Below are positions 17,426-25,902 of a DNA stretch of 55,560 bases, in pieces. Each line of letters starts with the position of its first letter. Position 1 is the first letter of the stretch. Below the pieces are notes generated by a model, which saw nothing but the letters and a program-made list of their open reading frames with translations, was not told the DNA's origin and did not search any database. The position numbers and the translations under genes were made by a program. This stretch comes from Acidimicrobiales bacterium. GTDB lineage: Bacteria; Actinomycetota; Acidimicrobiia; Acidimicrobiales; RAAP-2. The DNA is taken from positions 1 through 55,560 of the forward strand of contig JBAXCY010000001.1 in assembly GCA_037141235.1 (NCBI GenBank). Direction: 5' to 3'.

Positions 17426-18417
17426 GTCAACTCCATCTTTTGATCGCCGGAGGGTGCCCCGGGACTGCACTGTGCAGACACCGTGGCGGCCAGCGAATGC
17501 GACGCAATGATCCGATCGATCTCCACCGATCTATCTTCTCGGCCTTCACAGAGGTCAAGAAAATGTTCGAGCTCGAGCGCAAGGGGTTCGCCAGCGTGGC
17601 GCACGAACGGGATGTCAACGATCGTCTCCGCTCGGTAGGTAGGTGCCACCGACACTTCTGGTTGCTCCTGGCGAACATTTCGGTAGACCGTCACATCAGC
17701 TCGTAGGAGGTCCAGGTCCAACAGGAGTGACGGCGTCAGAACCTGGATCGAACGCAACTTTCGCTGTCCCACGCGGCTGGCCGAGAGTGTCACTAGTCCC
17801 CCCGACGCGAACCGAATCGTGCAGTCTGCAATTTCCGGTCCCTCGCTCCCAGGAGCGGACCACGAACCTCCGGACACGTGATCGATGGGATCATCCCCGA
17901 CCAGGAGGAGCGCTAGGTCCAGATCGTGGATCAAGAGGTCCTGGACCACACTGCCGACATTCCTAGGGTCCGTCGGCGAATGTCGCATACCCAGGATGTG
18001 GATGGGCGGCTCATCCAACAGCTTCGAAGCCAGGGTGATCACCGGGTTGAACCGCTCCACGAACCCGCAGGCAAGCGCGACGTCGCCCTCGATGGCGGCC
18101 GCGCAGATCTGCTCGACATCAGCCAGTTCGAGAGCGATGGGCTTCTCGACCAGGATCGGCACGCCAGCTTCGATGACAGCCAGCGCTGAGGGAACGTGCA
18201 CCTGGGTCGGCGTGCAGAGGATCACCGCGTCGCACTCCAGGGCGGCCTGGAGTTCAACAGCCGAGCGGGTCCCATAGCGCGACGCCATCTTTGCCGCCCG
18301 ATCGCCATCGACATCCACGATCACCTCGAGCGAGGCCCGGGAGGACTCGGAGACGACGCGAGCGTGATTCCCCCCCATCGCCCCCGCTCCTACTAGCGCA
18401 ACTCGGACTTTCTTCAT
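17422..18417 (-). CDS. Gfo/Idh/MocA family NAD-dependent sugar oxidoreductase (WbpB-like)
   Basis: 'MKKVRVALVGAGAMGGNHARV' Rossmann start and 'EKP' motif ('ILVEKPIAL'). AGGAGA Shine-Dalgarno upstream. Confidence 0.8.
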   Translation of the reverse strand: MKKVRVALVGAGAMGGNHARVVSESSRASLEVIVDVDGDRAAKMASRYGTRSAVELQAALECDAVILCTPTQVHVPSALAVIEAGVPILVEKPIALELADVEQICAAAIEGDVALACGFVERFNPVITLASKLLDEPPIHILGMRHSPTDPRNVGSVVQDLLIHDLDLALLLVGDDPIDHVSGGSWSAPGSEGPEIADCTIRFASGGLVTLSASRVGQRKLRSIQVLTPSLLLDLDLLRADVTVYRNVRQEQPEVSVAPTYRAETIVDIPFVRHAGEPLALELEHFLDLCEGREDRSVEIDRIIASHSLAATVSAQCSPGAPSGDQKMELT

Positions 18418-18687
18418 CGCCGTTCACTTCTCCTGAGGCTGGGTTCGGGGCCAAAATACCCCTGTCGATCAGATCTCTCCGCGTCGGTGATGGTGCGATA
18501 GAGCCGGCTCGTCGTGAGTCTCCGACACGGTAGGCCGGTTCGTCCAGTCAGCCCGTCAATTTTCCGACACATCTAGTCAATAGTTGGCATCGGATCGGGC
18601 CCTTGCGCCTCTGTCCTCATGCCGATAACAGCAGAGCGGTTCGGCCTAGCTACCAGCGCCCTCTCCACGACGATCTGCTTGTCAGTG

Positions 18688-20835
18688 TCAGCTGCGCGAA
18701 TAGACGAAGAGGGCCTGCGGACCGATCGTAGGCTGGGCCTCCAGGTGGAGACACGACGCCGCTAGCGGCGTCGGCGACAAAACGAACCCAATATGGAGCT
18801 TGGATGCCGCAGTTCCACACGGATCGAAGGCGACCTGCACGAAATCGGGGGCCAGCAGGGTCAGCGAAGTGGCAGACCCAGCCGCACCAGGGGTGAACCC
18901 CAGATTGGCATATCGGTTCCACGTCTCCTTGGACCGCCCCCGTGGGTCGAGGATCTTCCACATCGAGGCATTAGGAAACGCTGCGACGCCGTTCACGGTG
19001 GCCAGGCCTGAGGCCAGGAGGACATCATTGTACGGGGGCCCCGCGTAGCTCAGCCAGACGTTGTTGGCTGAATCACGTGGCTGCTTGGCTGCGGAGTGCA
19101 GTACCGGAAGCAGCGGCGACGACGTGAGCGGTCCGAGGCCGCGATAGAGCGGATTCGCCCCCAGCGACATCATCGCCCCAAAGACGATCAGAGCCAAACC
19201 ACCGAGCAGGACCTTGCGGGCACTCGTCAGCCACACCACGACGGCTGCAGCACCGCTGAACAGCCCCACCTGCCACAGATTCAATCTGAGCGCAGGGACC
19301 GGCACAATGAACTCTCTGCCTGCCCAGAAGTAGAGCCCGAAGGCTAGGGCCCCACAGATCGCAGCCCCTACGGCGAGCCGACGCTGGAACTCGCGGTGCT
19401 GCCTCGCTGCGCGGCCCGCCACCTCGCCTGAGCCGTCTGCAGGCTCCACCTTTGCAGCGCAAAGCAGGGCCATCAGGAGGAACCCGCCCACACCTACGCC
19501 CACGATGGCCCGCTCTGGTGGGGTCCGGTCGAGGAGCAGGAAATGGGCAACGATAGGAGGCAGGCTGATGAGGAACCAGGCGCTCACCACGAGGAAGCCA
19601 GCACTGGCTCCCACCAGGAGGATCCGCCATCGCCGACCCCAGTCGCGCAGGCGGACGCGGAACAGTTGCAGAAGGGCAAAGGGACCGAGAAGGAGAAAAG
19701 AGGAGATTTCGGACTGGTTGGTCCCGCTGACTCCATCTCTTTGGTTCGCCAATCCGACACCGAACGGAGCAGAGAACAGATGGAGAAGCGACGTATTTCC
19801 GCCAGTGGCGCGCCGCTGCCCCGGATAGACGGTGCCGGTCACCGCGGCGATCGTCGATTCGCTGTGCAGAAAGAAGGCCGCGCAGCCGGCGGCGGCAGCT
19901 ACGGCCACCGCGCTGAGGTCGACCAGGGCCCGTCGCCAGTGCAGTCCGCCGCCATTGATCCGGCGAGCAATCTCACACCCGCCGATAGCACCCAGCACGA
20001 TGGCAATGGGGATCTGGAACGGCGGGTAGAAGACCAGGACGAAGCTGACGAAGCTGTAGGCACTCAACAAGAGCCAGGCGATCCGTCCGGGCGAGGATCG
20101 GCTCCGGAGTGCGACGAGAAGGAAGAACAATCCCAGCATCGGCATCCCGACCGATTCCAGGGAGATTGACAAGTACCACCAGTGGAAGAACGGGGACAGC
20201 CATAAGCCCAGGCTGAATACGATCGCTACGTCGATCCGATCCGTCAGTTCCAGGAGCAACAAGTACATGCCGAGGATCATGAGGAGCGACATGGCCCACC
20301 ATCGGGCGGCAAAGCCGTGTACGACGTCGAGTAGCAGCATCGGCACATCCCACGGCCGGAACGCCGTAGACCAGTCTGAGTTGGGGATGTCGAGCACAAC
20401 GGTGAGGTCGTGAGGACCCAGCCCACTTGCCGCATAGCGGCTGAAACCGTGGTGGCTCTGCGCAACGATCAGGGGGGTGGCGACGTTCCACTCGTCGGAG
20501 CGGATTGGCCTTGGGGTACCCGCCACCAGGTTGGAGTCGTGAGCAACCCCCGAGTTGCTGGACGCAATGACACCGATCGAAGTTCCTGAAATGCCGAGGC
20601 AGGTGAGGACCACCCACGAAATGAGCAGCAGCAGTGGGAAGATCAGTCGAGCCAACAGGGAGTTGCGACTCCACGCCCCGAGTTGCTCGGAGGCACCGCC
20701 TGGCGAAACTGGCGGATCGTTGAGGGAAGCCACGGGATCGCCGGCCTGGGCGAACTCATCGGTGCCGCTCGCCGTCAGATGGTTTGATTCCGCCATATTG
20801 GGGATCATCCTATGGGAATCCGGAGGTAGTCCCAT
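18688..20835 (-). CDS. Large polytopic membrane protein, putative GT-C-type glycosyltransferase or polymerase, with a C-terminal extracytoplasmic domain
   Basis: 715 aa and more than 12 TM helices. Acidic motif 'PIRSDEWNV' sits in the first predicted external loop. Soluble tail of about 170 aa. No firm family recognised. Confidence 0.5.
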   Translation of the reverse strand: MGLPPDSHRMIPNMAESNHLTASGTDEFAQAGDPVASLNDPPVSPGGASEQLGAWSRNSLLARLIFPLLLLISWVVLTCLGISGTSIGVIASSNSGVAHDSNLVAGTPRPIRSDEWNVATPLIVAQSHHGFSRYAASGLGPHDLTVVLDIPNSDWSTAFRPWDVPMLLLDVVHGFAARWWAMSLLMILGMYLLLLELTDRIDVAIVFSLGLWLSPFFHWWYLSISLESVGMPMLGLFFLLVALRSRSSPGRIAWLLLSAYSFVSFVLVFYPPFQIPIAIVLGAIGGCEIARRINGGGLHWRRALVDLSAVAVAAAAGCAAFFLHSESTIAAVTGTVYPGQRRATGGNTSLLHLFSAPFGVGLANQRDGVSGTNQSEISSFLLLGPFALLQLFRVRLRDWGRRWRILLVGASAGFLVVSAWFLISLPPIVAHFLLLDRTPPERAIVGVGVGGFLLMALLCAAKVEPADGSGEVAGRAARQHREFQRRLAVGAAICGALAFGLYFWAGREFIVPVPALRLNLWQVGLFSGAAAVVVWLTSARKVLLGGLALIVFGAMMSLGANPLYRGLGPLTSSPLLPVLHSAAKQPRDSANNVWLSYAGPPYNDVLLASGLATVNGVAAFPNASMWKILDPRGRSKETWNRYANLGFTPGAAGSATSLTLLAPDFVQVAFDPCGTAASKLHIGFVLSPTPLAASCLHLEAQPTIGPQALFVYSRS

Positions 20836-20889
20836 GCCAGGGAGAACCTCGTTCTTCGGTCAGCGGTTCCCCTGACTCGCGGTCAGGAG

Positions 20890-22743
20890 TCAGCGAAATA
20901 TCCGTCTGGCCATGGCCGCCAGGCGGGCCAAGGGCCTCGACTCCAAGTGGGCGACTCTGCGTTCTAGTTCGTCTTTCACCTGATTGGCCTGAGCGAGCTC
21001 CTGGTTCAGCGAGGAGATGGCCAAATCGGCGTGAAAGCCCTGGGCGTTCGCCTCCAGCCGTTCGGCCCGACAGGCAGCCTCCGCGCTACGGAGCGCACTC
21101 GAAATCTCCTCGATCTCGGCGGTCGACGACTCCAGCGCACCGGTCAACCCGTTGCTCCGATCTGATTCGACTCGAAGCATCTCTACCTGATGATCCCGAT
21201 CCACACGTACGTCATCGAGATGCTGGCGTGCAGACCGCCCGGAATACCACAATGCCCGTTCGTAACCGATGACCAGAGCTTGGGAATCTAGCGAGCCACG
21301 TCGGAAAAGAATCGCATCCTGGGTCAAGTAGGTGGCGTCATAGCTGAAGTCCCGGATGAACCCGTTGGCGGCGAAGAGGGCCGCCCAGTGATCGGCCGTG
21401 TGCACGTTGATATGTGTCGGCTCTTCAAATCCGTCCGAAGTCGAGGAGAACAGGACTGCCTCTGCATGCCGGGTGAGGTTGGCGATCACCAGCCCCGCTG
21501 CGGAATCGGGCATGTGCTCGATGACCTCGACAATAGTGATGAGATCGAAGTGCCCTTCGATCTCATCGGTCAAGGAGGCCACCGAACAGAACGGTCGAAC
21601 ATCGGGTGGCACTTGCGAGATCGCCCACTCGGACACATCGATCCCACGTGCGTCTACCCCCTGGTTCCGGAGGGCTTCGACCAGGAAACCAATCGCGCAG
21701 CCGGCGTCGAGCGCGGTGGTCGGGTGCAGGTCGTTGGTGATTCTGTCGGCCACCATTGAGAAGAACGTGGTCCACTGAGGAGCACCCGGACGATACGGGT
21801 CGGAATCGTTGTCGCCGTAGTGCTCGTAGTACTCCTGGTCGTAATAGCCGGTGAACTCCCTTGCCATCGCCTCGCTGTCCACCGATGCGACCATGTCGGC
21901 TTGGCTTAGCGCCCGGTCGAGAACCAGGAACTGATTGGCCACAACCACGTCTGACTGGTCCGAGCGAGGTCGACCGAACCCGCTGAACGAATCTCTGGCC
22001 TGGGCCAGCTGCACCGGCGTCGGGTTGACCCCCAGTCCATGAACGAACTCATTGAGCCCATCCAGTCCTCCAGCAACATCGTCGCTGAATGCCTCGATCC
22101 CGACGATCAGGCCGGTCTGGACTTCCCACAGACTGAGTGCCGCCCGATTGAACTGATCCCACAGGTTGAGATTCCTGTCTATCGATTGACCGTTCGTCGA
22201 TGTCAGCGATTGAGCAGCCTCTCCTGGCGCACGGTGCACCAGGACGATCCGGGCTGACAGCCCTGCGGCCTCGATCCAGAACGGTGCCAACACGGTATTG
22301 CGCGGATCTCCCCACACCCAGACCGAGTGGCCCCCGTGCCCCGGTGTCCCGCCATCCACCGGCTGATCACCGGCATCGTCGGCATCGTCGGCATCGTCGG
22401 CAGGTGCACCGAGTACTGCCCCCAACAGGCTCCGGGCCTCCTCTTGGCGGTGCTTCAGTCGATTGAGCAGGTCGAGCCGCGGCAGCAGCACCGGCATGTC
22501 AGCCGTCGCTCCTAGGTCGTCGAAGAGTTGGTCGATGAAGCGGTCCAGGGCTGACCCCGCATCGTCAGGCTCACCGGTGGCAATGCCCGCGGGAACTGAC
22601 CGGAGTCCGAGGTGTCCGAGTTGTTCGGCAATGGCCTCGACGCCACTCTCCTCCACCCCGACGACAAACACCATCGTCCCATGGTCTTCGTCTTGGGCTG
22701 ACTCTCGAACAACGGGGTTTGCTCGGGCTGCGTTCTTCTTCAT
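20890..22743 (-). CDS. Three-module protein: sulfotransferase-like N-domain, class I SAM methyltransferase, C-terminal coiled coil
   Basis: N-domain 'MVFVVGVEESGVEAIAEQL...VWVWGDPRNTVLAPFW...VLVHRAPGEAAQSL...LWDQFN'. MTase 'ALDAGCAIGFLVEALRNQGVDARGIDVS...FDLITIVEVIEHM'. The last about 110 aa are heptad-like and Ala/Glu/Arg/Leu-rich. Confidence 0.65.
   Translation of the reverse strand: MKKNAARANPVVRESAQDEDHGTMVFVVGVEESGVEAIAEQLGHLGLRSVPAGIATGEPDDAGSALDRFIDQLFDDLGATADMPVLLPRLDLLNRLKHRQEEARSLLGAVLGAPADDADDADDAGDQPVDGGTPGHGGHSVWVWGDPRNTVLAPFWIEAAGLSARIVLVHRAPGEAAQSLTSTNGQSIDRNLNLWDQFNRAALSLWEVQTGLIVGIEAFSDDVAGGLDGLNEFVHGLGVNPTPVQLAQARDSFSGFGRPRSDQSDVVVANQFLVLDRALSQADMVASVDSEAMAREFTGYYDQEYYEHYGDNDSDPYRPGAPQWTTFFSMVADRITNDLHPTTALDAGCAIGFLVEALRNQGVDARGIDVSEWAISQVPPDVRPFCSVASLTDEIEGHFDLITIVEVIEHMPDSAAGLVIANLTRHAEAVLFSSTSDGFEEPTHINVHTADHWAALFAANGFIRDFSYDATYLTQDAILFRRGSLDSQALVIGYERALWYSGRSARQHLDDVRVDRDHQVEMLRVESDRSNGLTGALESSTAEIEEISSALRSAEAACRAERLEANAQGFHADLAISSLNQELAQANQVKDELERRVAHLESRPLARLAAMARRIFR
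22372..22398. repeat. (ggcatcgtc)x3 in-frame tandem repeat encoding DDADDADDA
   Basis: Direct reading. Lies in the linker of the sulfotransferase-like domain. Confidence 0.85.
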
Positions 22744-22848
22744 GTTGGTCCGCCTGCGCTCAGGAGCGACCGCGGCATCTCCTCGGCCACATCAACACAT
22801 CGATCTTTCGTTCCAACGCACTGCCTGCCGAGGGTCATCATGTCAGGA

Positions 22849-24960
22849 TCAGATGGACGTCTGCCGAGCCGCTGCCGTCACACCTGGACCATCTGCCGAC
22901 GCAGACGCAGCGCGGGCGAGAGGGCTCGCACCTTCGACTTCGCCGCCGTCCTCGGCATCTTCTTCGTCATCAACCTCGACCGGCGGTTGAACCAATCCTC
23001 CAACCAATGCCAGCCACCGTTCATCCTCGTCGACGGGCCGTAGTGGGCACCAGGGTTCGAGGCGACCGAGATTCGGGTTGTAGTAGGGATCACCCACCTT
23101 CAACAGATCGGTCCAACGGCTGAGAAATAGTTGGTAGTCGGAGTAGTAACCCGAGAGACCTCGGCTGACCGACTCGTAGTGGGTCAACTCGGCATGCGGG
23201 GTGCACAGCAGGCGGTATCCGGCTTGGCCCAACCGGATGCAGAAATCCACGTCGTTGAAACCAACGGCAAATCCTTCGTCGTAGCCATCGAGCTCTTCGA
23301 ACACTTCACGACGAACCAACAGACACGCCGCCGTGACGGCGCTATAGCTCCGCACCACTCGGTCCCAGGCGAAATACCCTCCGACGCCCTTGGGCATACC
23401 GATAAAGATATGGCTGGCAATACCGCCCATCCCCAGCACTACTCCCGCATGCTGCAACTTTCCGTCGGGATAGATGAGGCGGGCTCCCACGGCCCCTATT
23501 TCGGGTCGTTGCCCAAGTTCTACCAATGCGTGCAGCCATCCGTCGGTGGTCGCCTCGATGTCGTTGTTCAAGAAGAGGAGCATGTCTGTCGTGCACGTCG
23601 CTGCCGCAAAGTTGTTGATGGCCGCCCAGTTGAAGGCCCCCGGATAGTCCAGTACTCGGGTGTTCGGCCGGTCCTCCATCCGCCGGCGGAACTCCCTGGT
23701 TTCAGGTTCGGTGCTGCCGTTGTCGATGAGCACGACCTCGGTGATCTCATAACCCGGAGCCCGTTCCAACGACTCCAGGCAGGCCACAGTCAGTGAAGCC
23801 TGATCACGGAACGGGATGATCACGCTGACCGTCGGATCCCCGTGCACCCGACGCCGCACGTGATACGCCCCTTGGAACGGCCCAGTCTCGACAAATCCGT
23901 CGATCCCCTGGCGCTCCACGGCATCTTCGAGCACACGCCTGCTGGCCTGATGTGCCCACGGCTTGGCGTCGGTGTCGCCCGCCGCGGAGCCCGCCACCAC
24001 TCTCCAGTGATAGAGGACCTTGGGGATGTGGACGACCCGACGGGCCATCTCGGTGGCCCGGAGCATGACGTCGTAGTCCTGGCTGCCGTCGAACTCGGGC
24101 CGGAATCCCCCGACATGGCGGAGCACGTCATGTCGGACAGCGGTGATGTGCCCCAGGTAGGGGTAGGCCAGCAGTAGATCGGGATCCCAATCGGGCTTGA
24201 AGTGAGGCTGAATCGGCCGATCTAGTTCATCGAGTTTGTCCTCGTCGGAGTAGATGACGTCAACGTCGACATGCTCAGCCATGACGGCGGCGATCTCGCC
24301 CAATGCATGTAGCTCCAGAAGATCATCATGATCGAGGAGCACGATGAACTCGCCTGTGGCGACACCCAGTGCCCGGTTGGTGGCTCGAGAGATGCCCCCG
24401 TTCTTCTCCATATGCAGAACCTTGATCCGAGGGTCCGAGGCCGCGTACGCCTCCATGGCTGCGCTCAGCTCTGGATCTTCTGATCCGTCGTCGCACAGAC
24501 ATAGCTCCCACGACTGGTACGTCTGGTCGATCACGGACTGCACGCATTCACGGAAGTACCACAGCGCCGGCCGGTAGACCGGCACGACGATGCTCAGCAG
24601 CGGACCACTGGTCGGCAGCCCATCAGCCTCTTCGACGCCGCGCTGCAGCCGATCCTGGTTTCGCTCGTGAATCCAATGCCAGTATTCGGGAGGGAATGCA
24701 GAAGCCTCCTTGCCCCATCCAGGAACTTCCTCTTCATCGGGTGGCGTATCGGCTTCAGCGATAGCCAGCCGTTCAGACATCCAGGCAAGGGTCGCCGCTA
24801 GCGCCTCGGTCTCTTCGCTGGCCGATACTTCTTCCACACGCGCACCGTCTCCATACCCTGCAGGCACTGATGCCGCGAGTCCGCTGTCATTGGGAAGGTT
24901 CGGCTGCACGGTTGGGCGCAGATTATCATGCCTCCTTGCGCATCGGTCGATCCCACTCAC
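22849..24960 (-). CDS. Dual-domain family 2 glycosyltransferase
   Basis: Two GT2 cores: 'LLSIVVPVYRPALWYFRECVQSVIDQTY...LCDDGSEDPE...LLDHDDLL' and 'VSVIIPFRDQASLTVACLESL...LIDNGSTEPE...FLNNDIE'. Start codon uncertain (GTG at 24960 as in the track). Confidence 0.75.
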   Translation of the reverse strand: MSGIDRCARRHDNLRPTVQPNLPNDSGLAASVPAGYGDGARVEEVSASEETEALAATLAWMSERLAIAEADTPPDEEEVPGWGKEASAFPPEYWHWIHERNQDRLQRGVEEADGLPTSGPLLSIVVPVYRPALWYFRECVQSVIDQTYQSWELCLCDDGSEDPELSAAMEAYAASDPRIKVLHMEKNGGISRATNRALGVATGEFIVLLDHDDLLELHALGEIAAVMAEHVDVDVIYSDEDKLDELDRPIQPHFKPDWDPDLLLAYPYLGHITAVRHDVLRHVGGFRPEFDGSQDYDVMLRATEMARRVVHIPKVLYHWRVVAGSAAGDTDAKPWAHQASRRVLEDAVERQGIDGFVETGPFQGAYHVRRRVHGDPTVSVIIPFRDQASLTVACLESLERAPGYEITEVVLIDNGSTEPETREFRRRMEDRPNTRVLDYPGAFNWAAINNFAAATCTTDMLLFLNNDIEATTDGWLHALVELGQRPEIGAVGARLIYPDGKLQHAGVVLGMGGIASHIFIGMPKGVGGYFAWDRVVRSYSAVTAACLLVRREVFEELDGYDEGFAVGFNDVDFCIRLGQAGYRLLCTPHAELTHYESVSRGLSGYYSDYQLFLSRWTDLLKVGDPYYNPNLGRLEPWCPLRPVDEDERWLALVGGLVQPPVEVDDEEDAEDGGEVEGASPLARAASASADGPGVTAAARQTSI

Positions 24961-24987
24961 GTGCCTGATCGGTGCCTGATCGGTGCC
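24961..24987. repeat. 11-bp direct tandem repeat (gtgcctgatcg x2.4) in a divergent intergenic region
   Basis: Direct reading. Abuts the putative start of the dual-GT2 gene. A second duplicated motif, ctagaatcc x2, lies near 25086-25103. Confidence 0.7.
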
Positions 24988-25277
24988 AGTGGAACCTACG
25001 GAACGTCAACTGGCTGCATCGTGTGCCACCTCTCCACGAGGCCGGGCGGCAACTCCGGTGTTCGCTGTACCTCGGGTCCAACTAGCTAGAATCCCTAGAA
25101 TCCACAGGCCAGCCGGTAGGGTGGCGAGGAACATCCGGGCGGGCGCGGATCCTGAGTTTGATGATGCACCACGATGGGGCCTGTCCGGACGATCTCATAC
25201 AACCTGCCCGACCTGTGATGTGGAGGGCTCCACCGAAACCGTCGGGGCACGCTGCTCCAGATGAGGAGAAACACCGA

Positions 25278-25862
25278 ATGGGACATCCAGGGATCGACCC
25301 GGAAGAACTACTGGAGCAGTTGAAAGCCGAGCATCAGGTACTCCAGTGGGAGCCCCTGCAGCCGAGCCTGATGGTGCATCCACCTGCGGGGGAAGCCATC
25401 AGGAATCGCACCTCGCTCGAATACCTGCACCGGAACTGGGCGCTGCCGGACGCCTTCGATCCAGCCGAAGGAGGGGCGGGTCCCCGCGGAAGGCTCCTCG
25501 CTCTGTGGGGAAGGATGACGTACGCCGTCCTGCGAAGGTACCTTCATGATGAGCGGGACCTCATCGCCCACATGGTCCGGGTGAATGAAGGCCTGGAACA
25601 ACGATGCGACGAGTTGTCGGCACGCGTGCAGCAGCTCAGGCAGGACATGATCGACCATCAGGTGGCTGATGCCAAGAACATGACCCGGCTCGCCCTGTGG
25701 CTCCACTTGGACCCACCACCACCTGCCACATCGGCCGACTCGCATGGGGAGGGCTCAACGGGCACTCCGTCGACTACGGCCAAGCGTAAGTCCGAGGCGA
25801 ACTCGAAGAGCGGGGCGGCTGCGGTTGCGAAGGCAGCCAAAGGATCCGCTGCCCAGCGATGA
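25278..25862 (+). CDS. Hypothetical coiled-coil protein with a basic C-terminal tail
   Basis: ATG preceded by GAGGAGA at 8-nt spacing. 194 aa: 'MGHPGIDPEELLEQLKAEHQVL...LEYLHRNWALPD...RCDELSARVQQLRQDMIDHQ'. Lys/Ala-rich tail. No family recognised. Confidence 0.45.
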   Translation: MGHPGIDPEELLEQLKAEHQVLQWEPLQPSLMVHPPAGEAIRNRTSLEYLHRNWALPDAFDPAEGGAGPRGRLLALWGRMTYAVLRRYLHDERDLIAHMVRVNEGLEQRCDELSARVQQLRQDMIDHQVADAKNMTRLALWLHLDPPPPATSADSHGEGSTGTPSTTAKRKSEANSKSGAAAVAKAAKGSAAQR

Positions 25863-25902
25863 CGGCGACTACCTCGATTGTCCAAGAACCCGTCGTCCTG
25901 GC

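Noticed and set aside
18418-18687. Duplicated TTGAC(T/G) motifs in the AT-richer gap upstream of the oxidoreductase gene as a promoter call.
   Set aside because: The spacing to any TAnnnT -10 candidate is outside the usual 16-19 nt. This cannot be supported without transcript mapping.
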